A DNA stretch of 64,000 nt from contig JBBFKZ010000004.1 of assembly GCA_037481775.1 (NCBI GenBank), positions 1 through 64,000 of the forward strand, given 5' to 3'. The notes under the pieces are model-generated. The model did not search any database, was not told where the DNA came from, and saw nothing but the letters and a program-made list of their open reading frames with translations. This document shows positions 18,162-27,841 of the stretch, piece after piece (the first letter of the stretch is position 1; the number at the start of each line of letters is the position of its first letter). The translations under genes and the position numbers were made by a program. The DNA is from Candidatus Bathyarchaeia archaeon (lineage in GTDB: Archaea > Thermoproteota > Bathyarchaeia > Bathyarchaeales > Bathycorpusculaceae).

Positions 18162-19250
18162 ATGGATATTGAAAGGCAAATTGAGCTAGTTTGCAGCCCG
18201 CCTACAGAAGAAGTGCTTACACCAAGCGATTTACGGCAGCTTCTGGAATCTGACCCGCATCCTGTAGCCTACAACGGCTGGGAACCATCTGGCCTAGTGC
18301 ACTTGGGCACAGGCGTTATATGCGCTTATAAGATGAAGGATTTCGCTGAGGCAGGCTTGCGCTTCAAAGCTTTCTTAGCCACTTGGCATGCTTGGCTTAA
18401 CAACAAGCTCGGCGGCGACATGGCGCTTATCCGCAAAGCTGCTGATCTTTTCCGTCACTCTTGGATAGCGCTTGGTGTGCCCCCCGACAAGGTGGAGTTT
18501 ATCTATTCAGACGAGCTTTATGACGATTTGGATTACTGGGCAAAAACCGTGTTGGTCGCCAAAAACATGACTGTAGCCCGAACAAGGCGCACATTGGAGA
18601 TTGCAGGCCGCAAAGAAACAGACGCACGGTACGTTTCCGATTTCCTTTATACGCCTATGCAAGTCGCTGACATATTCCACTTAGGCGTGAAAGTCTGCCA
18701 GCTTGGCATGGATCAGCGCAAGGCCAATGTGGTCGCCCGCGAGATCGGCGAAAAAATCGGCTACTGGAAACCCGTCTGCGTTCATCATCACCTGCTGCAA
18801 GGCTTAGAGAAGCCCAGTGTGTGGCCAATTCCGCAGGGACAGGAGAAAGAGGCTCTGTCATCCGCGAAAATGTCGAAAAGCAAGCCGGAAACCTGCATTT
18901 TCGTTTATGACACGCCTGAGGAAATACGACAGAAGATGATGCGCGCCTTCTGCCCTGAAAGAACCATAGCATTCAACCCCGTAATAGACATATGCAAACA
19001 TATAATCTTCCGAGAAAAGCCAGTTTTCACCATCGAGCGCCCAGCCCGCTTCGGCGGCACCGTCGAGTTTCACAGCTTCAGCGAGCTTAAAGAGGCTTAC
19101 GTACAAGGCAAACTTCACCCGCAAGACCTCAAAAGTGGCGTCGCAGCAGAACTCGCAGAAATCCTAGAGCCTGTACGCCGATATTTCGCAAACAATAAAG
19201 AAGCAAGTGACTGCTTAGAGATTGTCCGCAAAGCCAAAATAACAAGGTAA
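18162..19250 (+). CDS. tyrS: Tyrosine--tRNA ligase
   Basis: YNGWEPSG..HLG, YTPMQVAD, GMDQRK, KMSKS. Confidence 0.95.
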   Translation: MDIERQIELVCSPPTEEVLTPSDLRQLLESDPHPVAYNGWEPSGLVHLGTGVICAYKMKDFAEAGLRFKAFLATWHAWLNNKLGGDMALIRKAADLFRHSWIALGVPPDKVEFIYSDELYDDLDYWAKTVLVAKNMTVARTRRTLEIAGRKETDARYVSDFLYTPMQVADIFHLGVKVCQLGMDQRKANVVAREIGEKIGYWKPVCVHHHLLQGLEKPSVWPIPQGQEKEALSSAKMSKSKPETCIFVYDTPEEIRQKMMRAFCPERTIAFNPVIDICKHIIFREKPVFTIERPARFGGTVEFHSFSELKEAYVQGKLHPQDLKSGVAAELAEILEPVRRYFANNKEASDCLEIVRKAKITR

Positions 19251-19256
19251 CCTGCA

Positions 19257-19682
19257 TTGTCTACAAGGTTAAGGGAAAAAGAGGAGAAAATCATTCAAAT
19301 TCTTGAAGAGCTCGCAGAGGAATCAGCAAAAGGGAAGCCCATAATAGTTGAAGGAAAAAAGGACGCGGCAACACTGCGTAGCCTTGGCTTAACAGGTGCG
19401 ATAGTAACAGTCAAAACAGGCGGTAAATCCTTCGTGGATGTAGTCTCTGAGATAGAGGCGCTAAACGCGCCTGAAGTTATCTTGTTTCTCGATTTTGACA
19501 GGCGAGGAAGGGAAGCTACAAACATCTTCAAGCAAAGCTTGGAGCACACGGGAATAAAGGCTAACCTTGGGTTTTGGCGGCGTCTTTCCGCATTGGTGGG
19601 GAAAGAAATTCAATGTGTAGAAAGCTTAACAGCCTATTTAGCCACTTTGCATGTGCGCGTCGCCTCTCAAACGCAAGCGTAA
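19257..19682 (+). CDS. Small TOPRIM-domain protein
   Basis: IIVEGKKD, LDFDRRG. Confidence 0.85.
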   Translation: MSTRLREKEEKIIQILEELAEESAKGKPIIVEGKKDAATLRSLGLTGAIVTVKTGGKSFVDVVSEIEALNAPEVILFLDFDRRGREATNIFKQSLEHTGIKANLGFWRRLSALVGKEIQCVESLTAYLATLHVRVASQTQA

Positions 19683-19793
19683 ACAGTGTATGTGTGTGCA
19701 GATATTTAGGTTGCCAAGCTTGAATGCGGCTGTTTTTTGGTAAAATATTTTAACCACCAACCACCAGTTAGGATATAATTGAGGAGATCATTG

Positions 19794-20027
19794 ATGCCCA
19801 GAGCTTTTGTATTGATAAACGTGGAATCAGGTTCGGAAGACGAGGTCTTAAAGTTGTTAAAAGTGGTTGAGGGCGTAGAAGAAGCCTACTTTGCCTACGG
19901 CGTTTACGATTTGATTATAAAAATCAAAGCTGACTCCATGGATGAACTGAAAGAATTAGTGACACGGCGAATTAGAACTATAAACAAAGTCAGATCAACG
20001 CTTACATTAATAATGATGGAAGAATAA
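19794..20027 (+). CDS. Lrp/AsnC ligand-binding (RAM) domain protein
   Basis: AFVLINVE..GVYDLIIKI..STLTLI. Confidence 0.85.
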   Translation: MPRAFVLINVESGSEDEVLKLLKVVEGVEEAYFAYGVYDLIIKIKADSMDELKELVTRRIRTINKVRSTLTLIMMEE

Positions 20028-20130
20028 GCTGTTTCCTCCCTTTTTAATTCAATTTTTCTTTGTATTTTGAGCACAAATCATATAGCATTAGGGTAACAAT
20101 CAGTATTTACAGAATGGTGAAATACGCCTC

Positions 20131-21354
20131 ATGCAAAGAGCCTATACACGATTACTGGGAGTAATCGGAAAACCTAACACGGGTAAATCAACTTTTTTCA
20201 GCGCTGCTACTTTGGCGCCAGCGGAAATCGCAAATTACCCCTTCACTACCATAAAGCCCAACCGCGGCGTCGGCTACGTGCGAACACCCTGCGTTCATGA
20301 AGAATTTCAGGTAAAAGATAACCCGAGAAACTCCCTTTGCATTGATGGCGTAAGGCTTGTTCCCGTGGAAATCATAGACGTCGCCGGCCTCGTTCCAGGA
20401 GCATGGGAAGGACGCGGGCTAGGCAATCAATTCTTAGACGAGATCCGCAAAGCAGACGCACTTATTCACATCGTTGACGCTTCAGGAGGCACAGACTGCG
20501 AAGGACGCTTATGCAAGCCAGGTGAACATGACCCTCTGGAAGACGTACAGTTCTTGGAGCGCGAAATAACTATGTGGATGGCGTCAATAATAAAGAAAGA
20601 CTGGGCAAAACTCGCGAGAACTGCAGAGACTGAATCAAAGGATCTGTACGGCATGCTTGAAGAGCGCCTAAGCGGCTTAGGCATAAAGCGAAGCTACATT
20701 TTTGAGGCTGTCAGAAAGGCTGGCTTAAACGCAGATAAGCCGACCAGTTGGAGTGAAGAAGAATTTCTGAAATTCGTGGACACACTTAGACGAATATCAA
20801 AACCCATGCTTATAGTTGCCAACAAAATTGATGTACCAACTGCCGAAGCAAACTTGGAGAGACTGCGACAACTCGATTACACGGTTATTCCCTGCTGCGC
20901 TGAAGCTGAGCTTGCGCTTAGACGCGCAGCTGAAAAGCAGCTTATCGACTATAAGCCAGGCGACTGCAACTTCAAGATACTTCATCCCGAAAGTCTGTCG
21001 CAAAGTCAAATCCACGCCTTAGAAACCATACGTGAAAAAGTGCTAGTTAAAAACGGCTCCACTGGCGTTCAAGATGCCATAAACATGGCTTACCTTAAGC
21101 TTCTGAACATGATATCCGTTTATCCTGTCGAGGACGTGGAGCACTTGTCGGATCATGATGGGCGTGTTCTGCCAGACGTTTACCTTGTACCATACGGGAC
21201 AACGGCTCGTCAATTTGCTTATCTTATTCACACCGAGCTTGGTGAAAGCTTCATTTACGCAGTGGACGCACGAGAACGAAAAAGAATAGGTGAGGACGCC
21301 GTTCTACGAGATAGAGATGTCCTCTCCATTGTGAGCGCCAAAAAGCGTGGCTAG
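20131..21354 (+). CDS. ychF: YchF/OLA1-like translation-associated NTPase with TGS domain
   Basis: GKPNTGKST, YPFTT, DVAGLV, NKID, TGS C-terminus. Confidence 0.9.
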   Translation: MQRAYTRLLGVIGKPNTGKSTFFSAATLAPAEIANYPFTTIKPNRGVGYVRTPCVHEEFQVKDNPRNSLCIDGVRLVPVEIIDVAGLVPGAWEGRGLGNQFLDEIRKADALIHIVDASGGTDCEGRLCKPGEHDPLEDVQFLEREITMWMASIIKKDWAKLARTAETESKDLYGMLEERLSGLGIKRSYIFEAVRKAGLNADKPTSWSEEEFLKFVDTLRRISKPMLIVANKIDVPTAEANLERLRQLDYTVIPCCAEAELALRRAAEKQLIDYKPGDCNFKILHPESLSQSQIHALETIREKVLVKNGSTGVQDAINMAYLKLLNMISVYPVEDVEHLSDHDGRVLPDVYLVPYGTTARQFAYLIHTELGESFIYAVDARERKRIGEDAVLRDRDVLSIVSAKKRG

Positions 21355-21360
21355 CTTGCT

Positions 21361-22146
21361 TCACGTGCCATAACGGCGTTTGCGAGTTTGGAAGGTCCGT
21401 ATGGCTCGCAAAAGATCTATCAGTCGAAAGTCAGGCCAGTAAACATCCAAAAAGGCAAGTTCGCTGTAAGCTGATTGCCAAAGCAGAAACCCGCTTAGCC
21501 TTTCTTCTCCTGAGGTTCTAATGATTAAGTCGGGTTCTTGTTTAGGTAGATGTGCTGTGTAAAGGTGTTTCTCAAAAATCTCTTCGCTTACCTCATCAAG
21601 TTTCAATTTGCCATTCAGCACTTTCTCTGCAATCGATTTAGCTGCGTCAACAATTTCAGCTCTTCCGCCGTAAGCAAAAGCAATGTTCAAAAACTGTCTA
21701 TCATAATCTTCCGTTGCTTTTTCCACATCCGCAATAAGCTGCTGGAGGCTCATCGGTAAAAGGTTTATACGACCGATAACCTTCACGTGAACTTTGTTTC
21801 GGTGTATGCGTTCATCAGTTAAAAGTTTTCGGAACTTTTCCTCAGCAAGCTTCATAATCTCTGCAACCTCTTGGGGCGACCGCTTAAAATTCTCTGTGGA
21901 GAACGCATAGAGCGTTATAAATTTCACCTCAAGCTTGTCGCACCATTCCAGAAGCTGTTCAACTTTTTCAGCGCCCTTCTTGTGCCCCAACCATGGATTA
22001 AGATCCTTCTCTAGAGCCCATCGTCTGTTTCCATCCAAAATTATGGCTATGTGCTCCACTTTGGAGCCATTCTTAACTTGTTGCCATAGCCATTTTTCAT
22101 AAAGTTTGTAGGCTCCTACAATTGCGAGAAGTTTCTTAAGCACCAC
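21361..22146 (-). CDS. uppS: cis-Prenyltransferase (polyprenyl diphosphate synthase)
   Basis: IILDGNRRWA, FSTENF, IRTSGE.RLSGFLLWQ. Confidence 0.95.
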   Translation of the reverse strand: MVLKKLLAIVGAYKLYEKWLWQQVKNGSKVEHIAIILDGNRRWALEKDLNPWLGHKKGAEKVEQLLEWCDKLEVKFITLYAFSTENFKRSPQEVAEIMKLAEEKFRKLLTDERIHRNKVHVKVIGRINLLPMSLQQLIADVEKATEDYDRQFLNIAFAYGGRAEIVDAAKSIAEKVLNGKLKLDEVSEEIFEKHLYTAHLPKQEPDLIIRTSGEERLSGFLLWQSAYSELAFLDVYWPDFRLIDLLRAIRTFQTRKRRYGT

Positions 22147-22276
22147 TTAATTGAACCCCATGTTTTCTGGATATTGCCACAAAGTATTGACCAAGAAAGT
22201 AAAAACTTTAATGCTTTCAATTAAAGCTTGCTATAATTTAAACAAAATTTACAGTAAATAATTATCCCAGTTTATC

Positions 22277-23494
22277 TTATGATTGGTTTTCTTTGAATTC
22301 GCCAGCAGCTTTGCTTTCAGGTTTTTGGAAGAAGTCTGATGCTGATCTGTGTATGACAATTACCAACAGCACTGATGCGATTGCAATAAGTATTCCCACG
22401 ATTATAGCATAAACTAAGTTAGAGAATTCGAGATTCTCAAGTCCGAGACCAGGCTTAATAAGGATGTTTGCTGTTGCGTCGAGAATCCAGCGGAACCAAG
22501 CCACAGAGACTATTAAGGCAGTGTTCCGTAGTAACCGCGTGTCTCGCTCAAAGTAAAAGCGTATGCTTCTACCGAAAAGCGCAATGATTATACCTACAAT
22601 CGTTAGATCTGTTAATCCTTTAATGAAGAAACCTGCTGCTGTTGGCAGAGAACTGATCCACCCCGCTAAATCTTCAGGAACAGGGATTATGTTGTTAGAT
22701 GCATTGATTAATCCTAAGTATACGCCTACGACTGTGCATAGAATTCCTGCAATGACAGTATAGTTTGAGATTTGCATTGGTAGCGGTGGCGGTGAGTACT
22801 CTTTAGCCCACCTGTAAAAGTTTCTGACTCCTCTGTCAACGCCAAAACCCTTGATAAGAAAGAGTACTCCTAGAATTAGGACTATTGTTATGAGGTAATA
22901 GTTAACTGCGCCAGGTATTATGGAGAGGACACCGTAAAGGAAGAAAAGTAGTCCCGGTATGCCTAAGGCTAGGCGGGCGTAGCGTGGGGTTTCCCATATG
23001 AGTTTGATGTAACGTGAAAATAGCGCCGCTGTTTCTTCGATTGATTCACTATGTTTAACAACTATCCGCCTGATAGATGAGACTGGTACCCTCGATTCTA
23101 CAAGCGGCAAAATTGCTTCGTCAGAATATCCGTCGGTGACCAAAATAACTTCGCTTGCATTGAATGTTTGTATTACATTATTTAGTTCCGCAACCAATTT
23201 TCTGTCTGCACTTACTCCACCTAGTTCCGTTCCAGAAATTGTTGCAATCTCAAAGATTTCTTCAGATTGCTTTTCGTTTTGCAAGTTATCGTATAAGCGC
23301 ACTGCTTCAAACATGGCGTTGGAGTCTGGCTCTTCTGGATCGCTCAATGCTAAAGATACAGCGGCTTCCAAATTTGCGTTTCTTCCTAAAATCGGAGTAT
23401 TAATTCCCGCTTTTTTTTCTATATCGCCATCTCTGTCGACACATAAGATTAGAATATGCTTTTTTATTTCTTCAGCAGTTTCCTTTTCATTCAT
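22277..23494 (-). CDS. DUF373-like archaeal membrane protein
   Basis: LCVDRDGD, DPEEPDSN, TDG.SDE followed by several TM helices; adjacent to uppS. Confidence 0.8.
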   Translation of the reverse strand: MNEKETAEEIKKHILILCVDRDGDIEKKAGINTPILGRNANLEAAVSLALSDPEEPDSNAMFEAVRLYDNLQNEKQSEEIFEIATISGTELGGVSADRKLVAELNNVIQTFNASEVILVTDGYSDEAILPLVESRVPVSSIRRIVVKHSESIEETAALFSRYIKLIWETPRYARLALGIPGLLFFLYGVLSIIPGAVNYYLITIVLILGVLFLIKGFGVDRGVRNFYRWAKEYSPPPLPMQISNYTVIAGILCTVVGVYLGLINASNNIIPVPEDLAGWISSLPTAAGFFIKGLTDLTIVGIIIALFGRSIRFYFERDTRLLRNTALIVSVAWFRWILDATANILIKPGLGLENLEFSNLVYAIIVGILIAIASVLLVIVIHRSASDFFQKPESKAAGEFKENQS

Positions 23495-23529
23495 CTATTC
23501 TCTATTCCTATTCTTCTCATAAGTTAACT

Positions 23530-24414
23530 TTAATCTTCCGTTTGTTGATCTTCTGATTCGTCGTCCGCAAGCAACTGAAACTCCTCCCAGCTTAGTTTTT
23601 CGCCCTGTTGCAGCTTGCTTCGCGCTTGAGCCTCAAGAGTTTCCTTAAGCACTTTTTCAGCAGTTTTCTTTTGCATTTCGCTTTCTTCCTTTATGGCATT
23701 TTGCAGCTGCCTCTTTTGTTCAATAATCTCTTTCAACGCTTGACGCAAAGGTTCCCTTCGTTCTTTTGCCTGCACATAGGCGCTGTGTAGCTGGTCAGCT
23801 TCTCGTTTAATGGCAGTTGCCTCATTAATCTTGGTAATTATCATTGCATGAAGTTCTTGACTTCTTTGGGCAGCGGATATCAATTCCTGATGACTTGCGT
23901 TCGCCTTAGCTTCAAGTGCCTCAATTTCTTCCTGCAGTTCTGTAATTCTCATGTTTTGCTGTTCCATTTTCTGATATATCCTCAGTTGCGATTCAAGTTG
24001 CTTTACTTCGTTCACAAGTCTTTTCTCTTCCTGCAAGTCAAGCGGCATCGTTTGAATCTTCCATTCAATGTTGTGAATTTCCTTTTCTAGTTGTTGGCGG
24101 CTTTTCCTCGGCTTTTTTGCTTTTAACGCCCTTATTTCGTCATTTATTGCCCTTATTTCTGCGATAATTTTTTTCATTTTTTCTCTTGCGGCGTCACGTT
24201 GCTGCTTTAGCGCCTTTACTCCATTGTTTATCAGGTCACGTTCGTTCTTAAGCGCTTGTATCTCCTCACGGTACTTTCTGAATTGCCCATTGAGTTTGTC
24301 TCTTTTTTCAATGTGTACTTTTATATCTGCGTTAGCTTTGTTGATTTCCTCTTTTAAAGAGGCTATTTGCTCGTTGAGCTCTGCAATTTGATTTGCCCTG
24401 TTTTGCGTGGTCAC
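23530..24414 (-). CDS. Archaeal coiled-coil protein
   Basis: Heptad-rich; IEWKIQT, GEKLSWEEF motifs. Confidence 0.8.
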   Translation of the reverse strand: MTTQNRANQIAELNEQIASLKEEINKANADIKVHIEKRDKLNGQFRKYREEIQALKNERDLINNGVKALKQQRDAAREKMKKIIAEIRAINDEIRALKAKKPRKSRQQLEKEIHNIEWKIQTMPLDLQEEKRLVNEVKQLESQLRIYQKMEQQNMRITELQEEIEALEAKANASHQELISAAQRSQELHAMIITKINEATAIKREADQLHSAYVQAKERREPLRQALKEIIEQKRQLQNAIKEESEMQKKTAEKVLKETLEAQARSKLQQGEKLSWEEFQLLADDESEDQQTED

Positions 24415-24672
24415 AGATAATCCTCTGCAAAAAATGTCATAATAGCATTGTGGCTTTTAAATTAATATTAATTTAAAACATTTATTTCTCTGCATCGCTG
24501 TATTAGCGCGAATCTGCCGTCAGCAATCTTCAATGGCAGCACAATCTGAGGGACAAAACAATAGGCTACAAATGTTGATATTTTCATTATCACAAATAAA
24601 TTTTAAATAATAAAGCACTGAATTAGCATATGTCCTTGAAGTAATCAAGGAGTAAAAGGAGAGAGACGAATA

Positions 24673-27207
24673 ATGAGGACAAACAAAATTGCTGCTGCAA
24701 TTGCTGTTGTTCTATTAGTAGCTGCTGCAAGCTCCACTGTGCTTGTTTCTAAGGCTCAACTAAAACTAGGCGAAGTACCAACTTTCCTGTACGTTAGTGT
24801 CGCCCCTAACCCTGTAGGAGTCGGACAAACAGTATACGTTAACGCCTTCTTCAGCAAGCCTCCGCTCACAGCAGGCCTTGCTGGTACTGGTGACATGTAT
24901 ACGGGCGTAACAGTTGAAGTTACAAAGCCTGATGGAACAAAAGAAACACTAGGTCCATACAAGTCTGACCCCACCGGCGGTATGTGGGACACATATGTGC
25001 CATCCACAACTGGTCAATATAAATTCAAAGCAATCTATCCTGGCCAATACGTAAACGGATCCATGTCCGGCCTGTTCGGTCCACCCACACGAGTTGAACT
25101 AACATACCTACCCAGCACTAGTCCAGAAGCAACCCTCATGGTTCAGTCAGACCCCGTAGGCATGAACTACAAGACCCCGCCGCTTCCAACCGAGTACTGG
25201 TCCCGCCCAATTTACGCAACTAACTGGGACTGGGCTCAACTCGGCGGAAGCTGGTACGGCCTTCGCGCGGCTTCCTTCGCAACCACTGGTATGTACGATG
25301 CAATGGGCAACTTCCAGCCATACTCAACAGCACCAAACGCACCCCACATCTTGTGGACGAAGCCAACACACTTCGGCGGTCAACCAGGTTCTCCGATACC
25401 CAACGACCAAATGAGCCAATACATGTCAACGACAATAGCCACCACGTTCTTTGAACCAATAATTTTACATGGCATTTTATACTATACGCACTTTGCAGGT
25501 CCCACCGCTCAAAAAGCAGAATGGGTCGCTGTTGACCTTCGTACAGGTGAAACACTTTGGACTAGAAAAGCGGGTCTATCAGGCAACGAAGTGTTCCGTA
25601 TGGGTCAAATACTCAGATTCCACGGCATGCAAGAATACGGTTCATGGGCATTCTTATACTCCACAGAGTCAGCGGCATTCTTCGGGGCACCAAGTTTCTT
25701 CAATGCATGGGATCCAATGACAGGCGTATTTCTATTCAATATAACCAACGTGCAGAACGTGCCATTTATGATCTCCCTAGAAGGCGAATGCCCCGGAACA
25801 TTGCTGGCCTACTACACCTCAGGCGGCAATCTCGTGCTTTGGAACTCAACTAAACTGATGATGAGCGCAAGCTTTGACCGAATCACCATCCGCCCCACTG
25901 GATCATATAATTGGTCAGCAGGCATCGAATGGCAAGTGCCGCTACCTACAACTGTCGATGGAAAGCCCATCGGCGGCTCGCTGAGCATAGCTGCACGCAC
26001 ACCCGAAGTGATACTTGCAACATACAACCCCACGCCTGGAATGTTCATTTCGCTTAACTTAGGCTACATGATCGCCGCTGGCTTCGACGCGAAGACAGGT
26101 CGCTTGCTTTGGGGACCAAAGAACATGACCATGCCTCGATATGAGGACATGAGTATACTTGCTGCGCGTGACGGCGTCTTTGTGATGCATAACAAAGACA
26201 CTGACGAGGCGTATGGCTACAGCCTTGAAAACGGTAACCTGCTCTGGGGACCTGTAAAGCTTCCAGGCAACGCATGGAGCGTCATATCCGTTGCAGCCGA
26301 AATAGCCTACGGCAATGCCTACATCTGGGACTTCGGAGGATACGTTAACGCCTTAGACCTTAAAACAGGCCAGATCAAGTGGACCTTCGAGCCCAGAAGC
26401 GCAGGCTACGACGCGCCAACCCCGATGTATCCGCTCTGGGTATTCGGCTCTGCCACAATCTGCGACGGCAAACTGTTCTTCTCTGAAGGCAGCATGTACA
26501 ACCCACCGTTGCACCCAGCATACAGGCTGGCAATAAACGCGACAACAGGCGAGTTGGTCTGGAAGATCTTGAGCTACAGCGGTCGCTGCCCCGCCGCCCA
26601 CGCGGACGGCATGATGGTAGAATGGAACAGCTTCGACTCGCAGATATACTGCTTCGGTAAAGGTCCAACAGCCGTAACCGTTGAAGCTACACCTGAAATT
26701 TCTGTAAAAGGCAACAAGATACTTGTGAAGGGCATGGTCACCGACGAGTCACCTGGCACGAAAGACTACGATATACGAGCTAGGTTCCCGAAGGGCGTTC
26801 CAGCCATCGCAGATGAGTACATGAGCGAATGGATGGAGTACGTCTACATGCAGCAAATCAAACCCACGAACATCAAAGGCGTTGATGTTACTATTACGGT
26901 GCTTGATCCGAACGGTAACTGCTATGACGTGGCTAAGACGACTAGTGACGCGAGCGGCTTTTACAGCGCCACGTTTGAGCCGCCTGTTCCTGGCAAGTAC
27001 ACTGTTATCGCCACGTTTAGCGGTTCAGAATCCTACTACGGCTCATCTGCAGAAACCGCCATATACGTTGAGGAAGCAGCGCCTGCTTCAACTGAACCTA
27101 CCGCTACGCCTGCATCGATGGCTGAGACCTACATACTAGGCTTCGGAATCGCCACACTCGCAGTGGTCGTTATAGGCTTTGCTTTACTGTTGCTTAGGAA
27201 GAAATAA
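24673..27207 (+). CDS. Secreted PQQ-type beta-propeller protein with Ig-like ends and C-terminal membrane anchor
   Basis: Signal peptide, PNPVGVGQ, repeated D/NxxTGxxxW, TM helix + RKK; paralog of 57293-59860. Confidence 0.85.
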   Translation: MRTNKIAAAIAVVLLVAAASSTVLVSKAQLKLGEVPTFLYVSVAPNPVGVGQTVYVNAFFSKPPLTAGLAGTGDMYTGVTVEVTKPDGTKETLGPYKSDPTGGMWDTYVPSTTGQYKFKAIYPGQYVNGSMSGLFGPPTRVELTYLPSTSPEATLMVQSDPVGMNYKTPPLPTEYWSRPIYATNWDWAQLGGSWYGLRAASFATTGMYDAMGNFQPYSTAPNAPHILWTKPTHFGGQPGSPIPNDQMSQYMSTTIATTFFEPIILHGILYYTHFAGPTAQKAEWVAVDLRTGETLWTRKAGLSGNEVFRMGQILRFHGMQEYGSWAFLYSTESAAFFGAPSFFNAWDPMTGVFLFNITNVQNVPFMISLEGECPGTLLAYYTSGGNLVLWNSTKLMMSASFDRITIRPTGSYNWSAGIEWQVPLPTTVDGKPIGGSLSIAARTPEVILATYNPTPGMFISLNLGYMIAAGFDAKTGRLLWGPKNMTMPRYEDMSILAARDGVFVMHNKDTDEAYGYSLENGNLLWGPVKLPGNAWSVISVAAEIAYGNAYIWDFGGYVNALDLKTGQIKWTFEPRSAGYDAPTPMYPLWVFGSATICDGKLFFSEGSMYNPPLHPAYRLAINATTGELVWKILSYSGRCPAAHADGMMVEWNSFDSQIYCFGKGPTAVTVEATPEISVKGNKILVKGMVTDESPGTKDYDIRARFPKGVPAIADEYMSEWMEYVYMQQIKPTNIKGVDVTITVLDPNGNCYDVAKTTSDASGFYSATFEPPVPGKYTVIATFSGSESYYGSSAETAIYVEEAAPASTEPTATPASMAETYILGFGIATLAVVVIGFALLLLRKK

Positions 27208-27230
27208 TCACGACAGCAGCATATTGCAAA

Positions 27231-27249
27231 TTCCCCCTTTCTTTTTTTT
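27231..27249 (+). terminator. Pyrimidine/oligo-T archaeal terminator
   Basis: TTCCCCCTTTCTTTTTTTT shortly after the stop codon. Confidence 0.55.
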
Positions 27250-27292
27250 AGTTCGTGACAAAACAACTGTTAATGAAGCCGACGACTAAAGT

Positions 27293-27841
27293 CTAATAAA
27301 CATCTCCGTTTCTTTTCTGCGGCAAATTTCCAAATTTTAATTTCATTATCTTGATGATACCTAAGCTATCTTGTGCAGCAGCGTAATCTTCAAGGTGCAC
27401 AGCGTTTAATTCAAAAAAAGTATTACCCCACGTGAAAATTGAAAGCACCCTTCGCGCATCATCCTTAAAACCGGCAATATACAATGCCGCTGCAAGTGCT
27501 TCGGCCGTCGTTAACTTTGTAGCCTTGCTGAAGTTCACAGGGTTACCTGCCAACAAGATGGGTAAGCAACGTGCTGTTCCCTTTACATGCTTGGCCAAAA
27601 CTTTTTCAGCGTGTTCCCAACTGCAATCTAATGCAACAAGCCCAAAGCTGGCAACGCGTTCACGGTCAGCAGGCGAAAAGGCTATTTCAGCGAATGGATT
27701 AAGCACAACAGCACGCTTCGGCAAAAACCGTATTTTAGTTACTATCCTAGCCAAACCATGGCGCTTAAGCTTTAATCCTGTACACCTTTTGGGATCACAC
27801 TGGTTCGCGTGGTAGATGGTTAACTTAGGCGACTGCTCCAC
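27293..27841 (-). CDS. tsr3: rRNA aminocarboxypropyltransferase Tsr3
   Basis: QCDPKRCTG, LDCSW, LLAGNPVN, AEALAAAL. Confidence 0.92.
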   Translation of the reverse strand: MEQSPKLTIYHANQCDPKRCTGLKLKRHGLARIVTKIRFLPKRAVVLNPFAEIAFSPADRERVASFGLVALDCSWEHAEKVLAKHVKGTARCLPILLAGNPVNFSKATKLTTAEALAAALYIAGFKDDARRVLSIFTWGNTFFELNAVHLEDYAAAQDSLGIIKIMKLKFGNLPQKRNGDVY

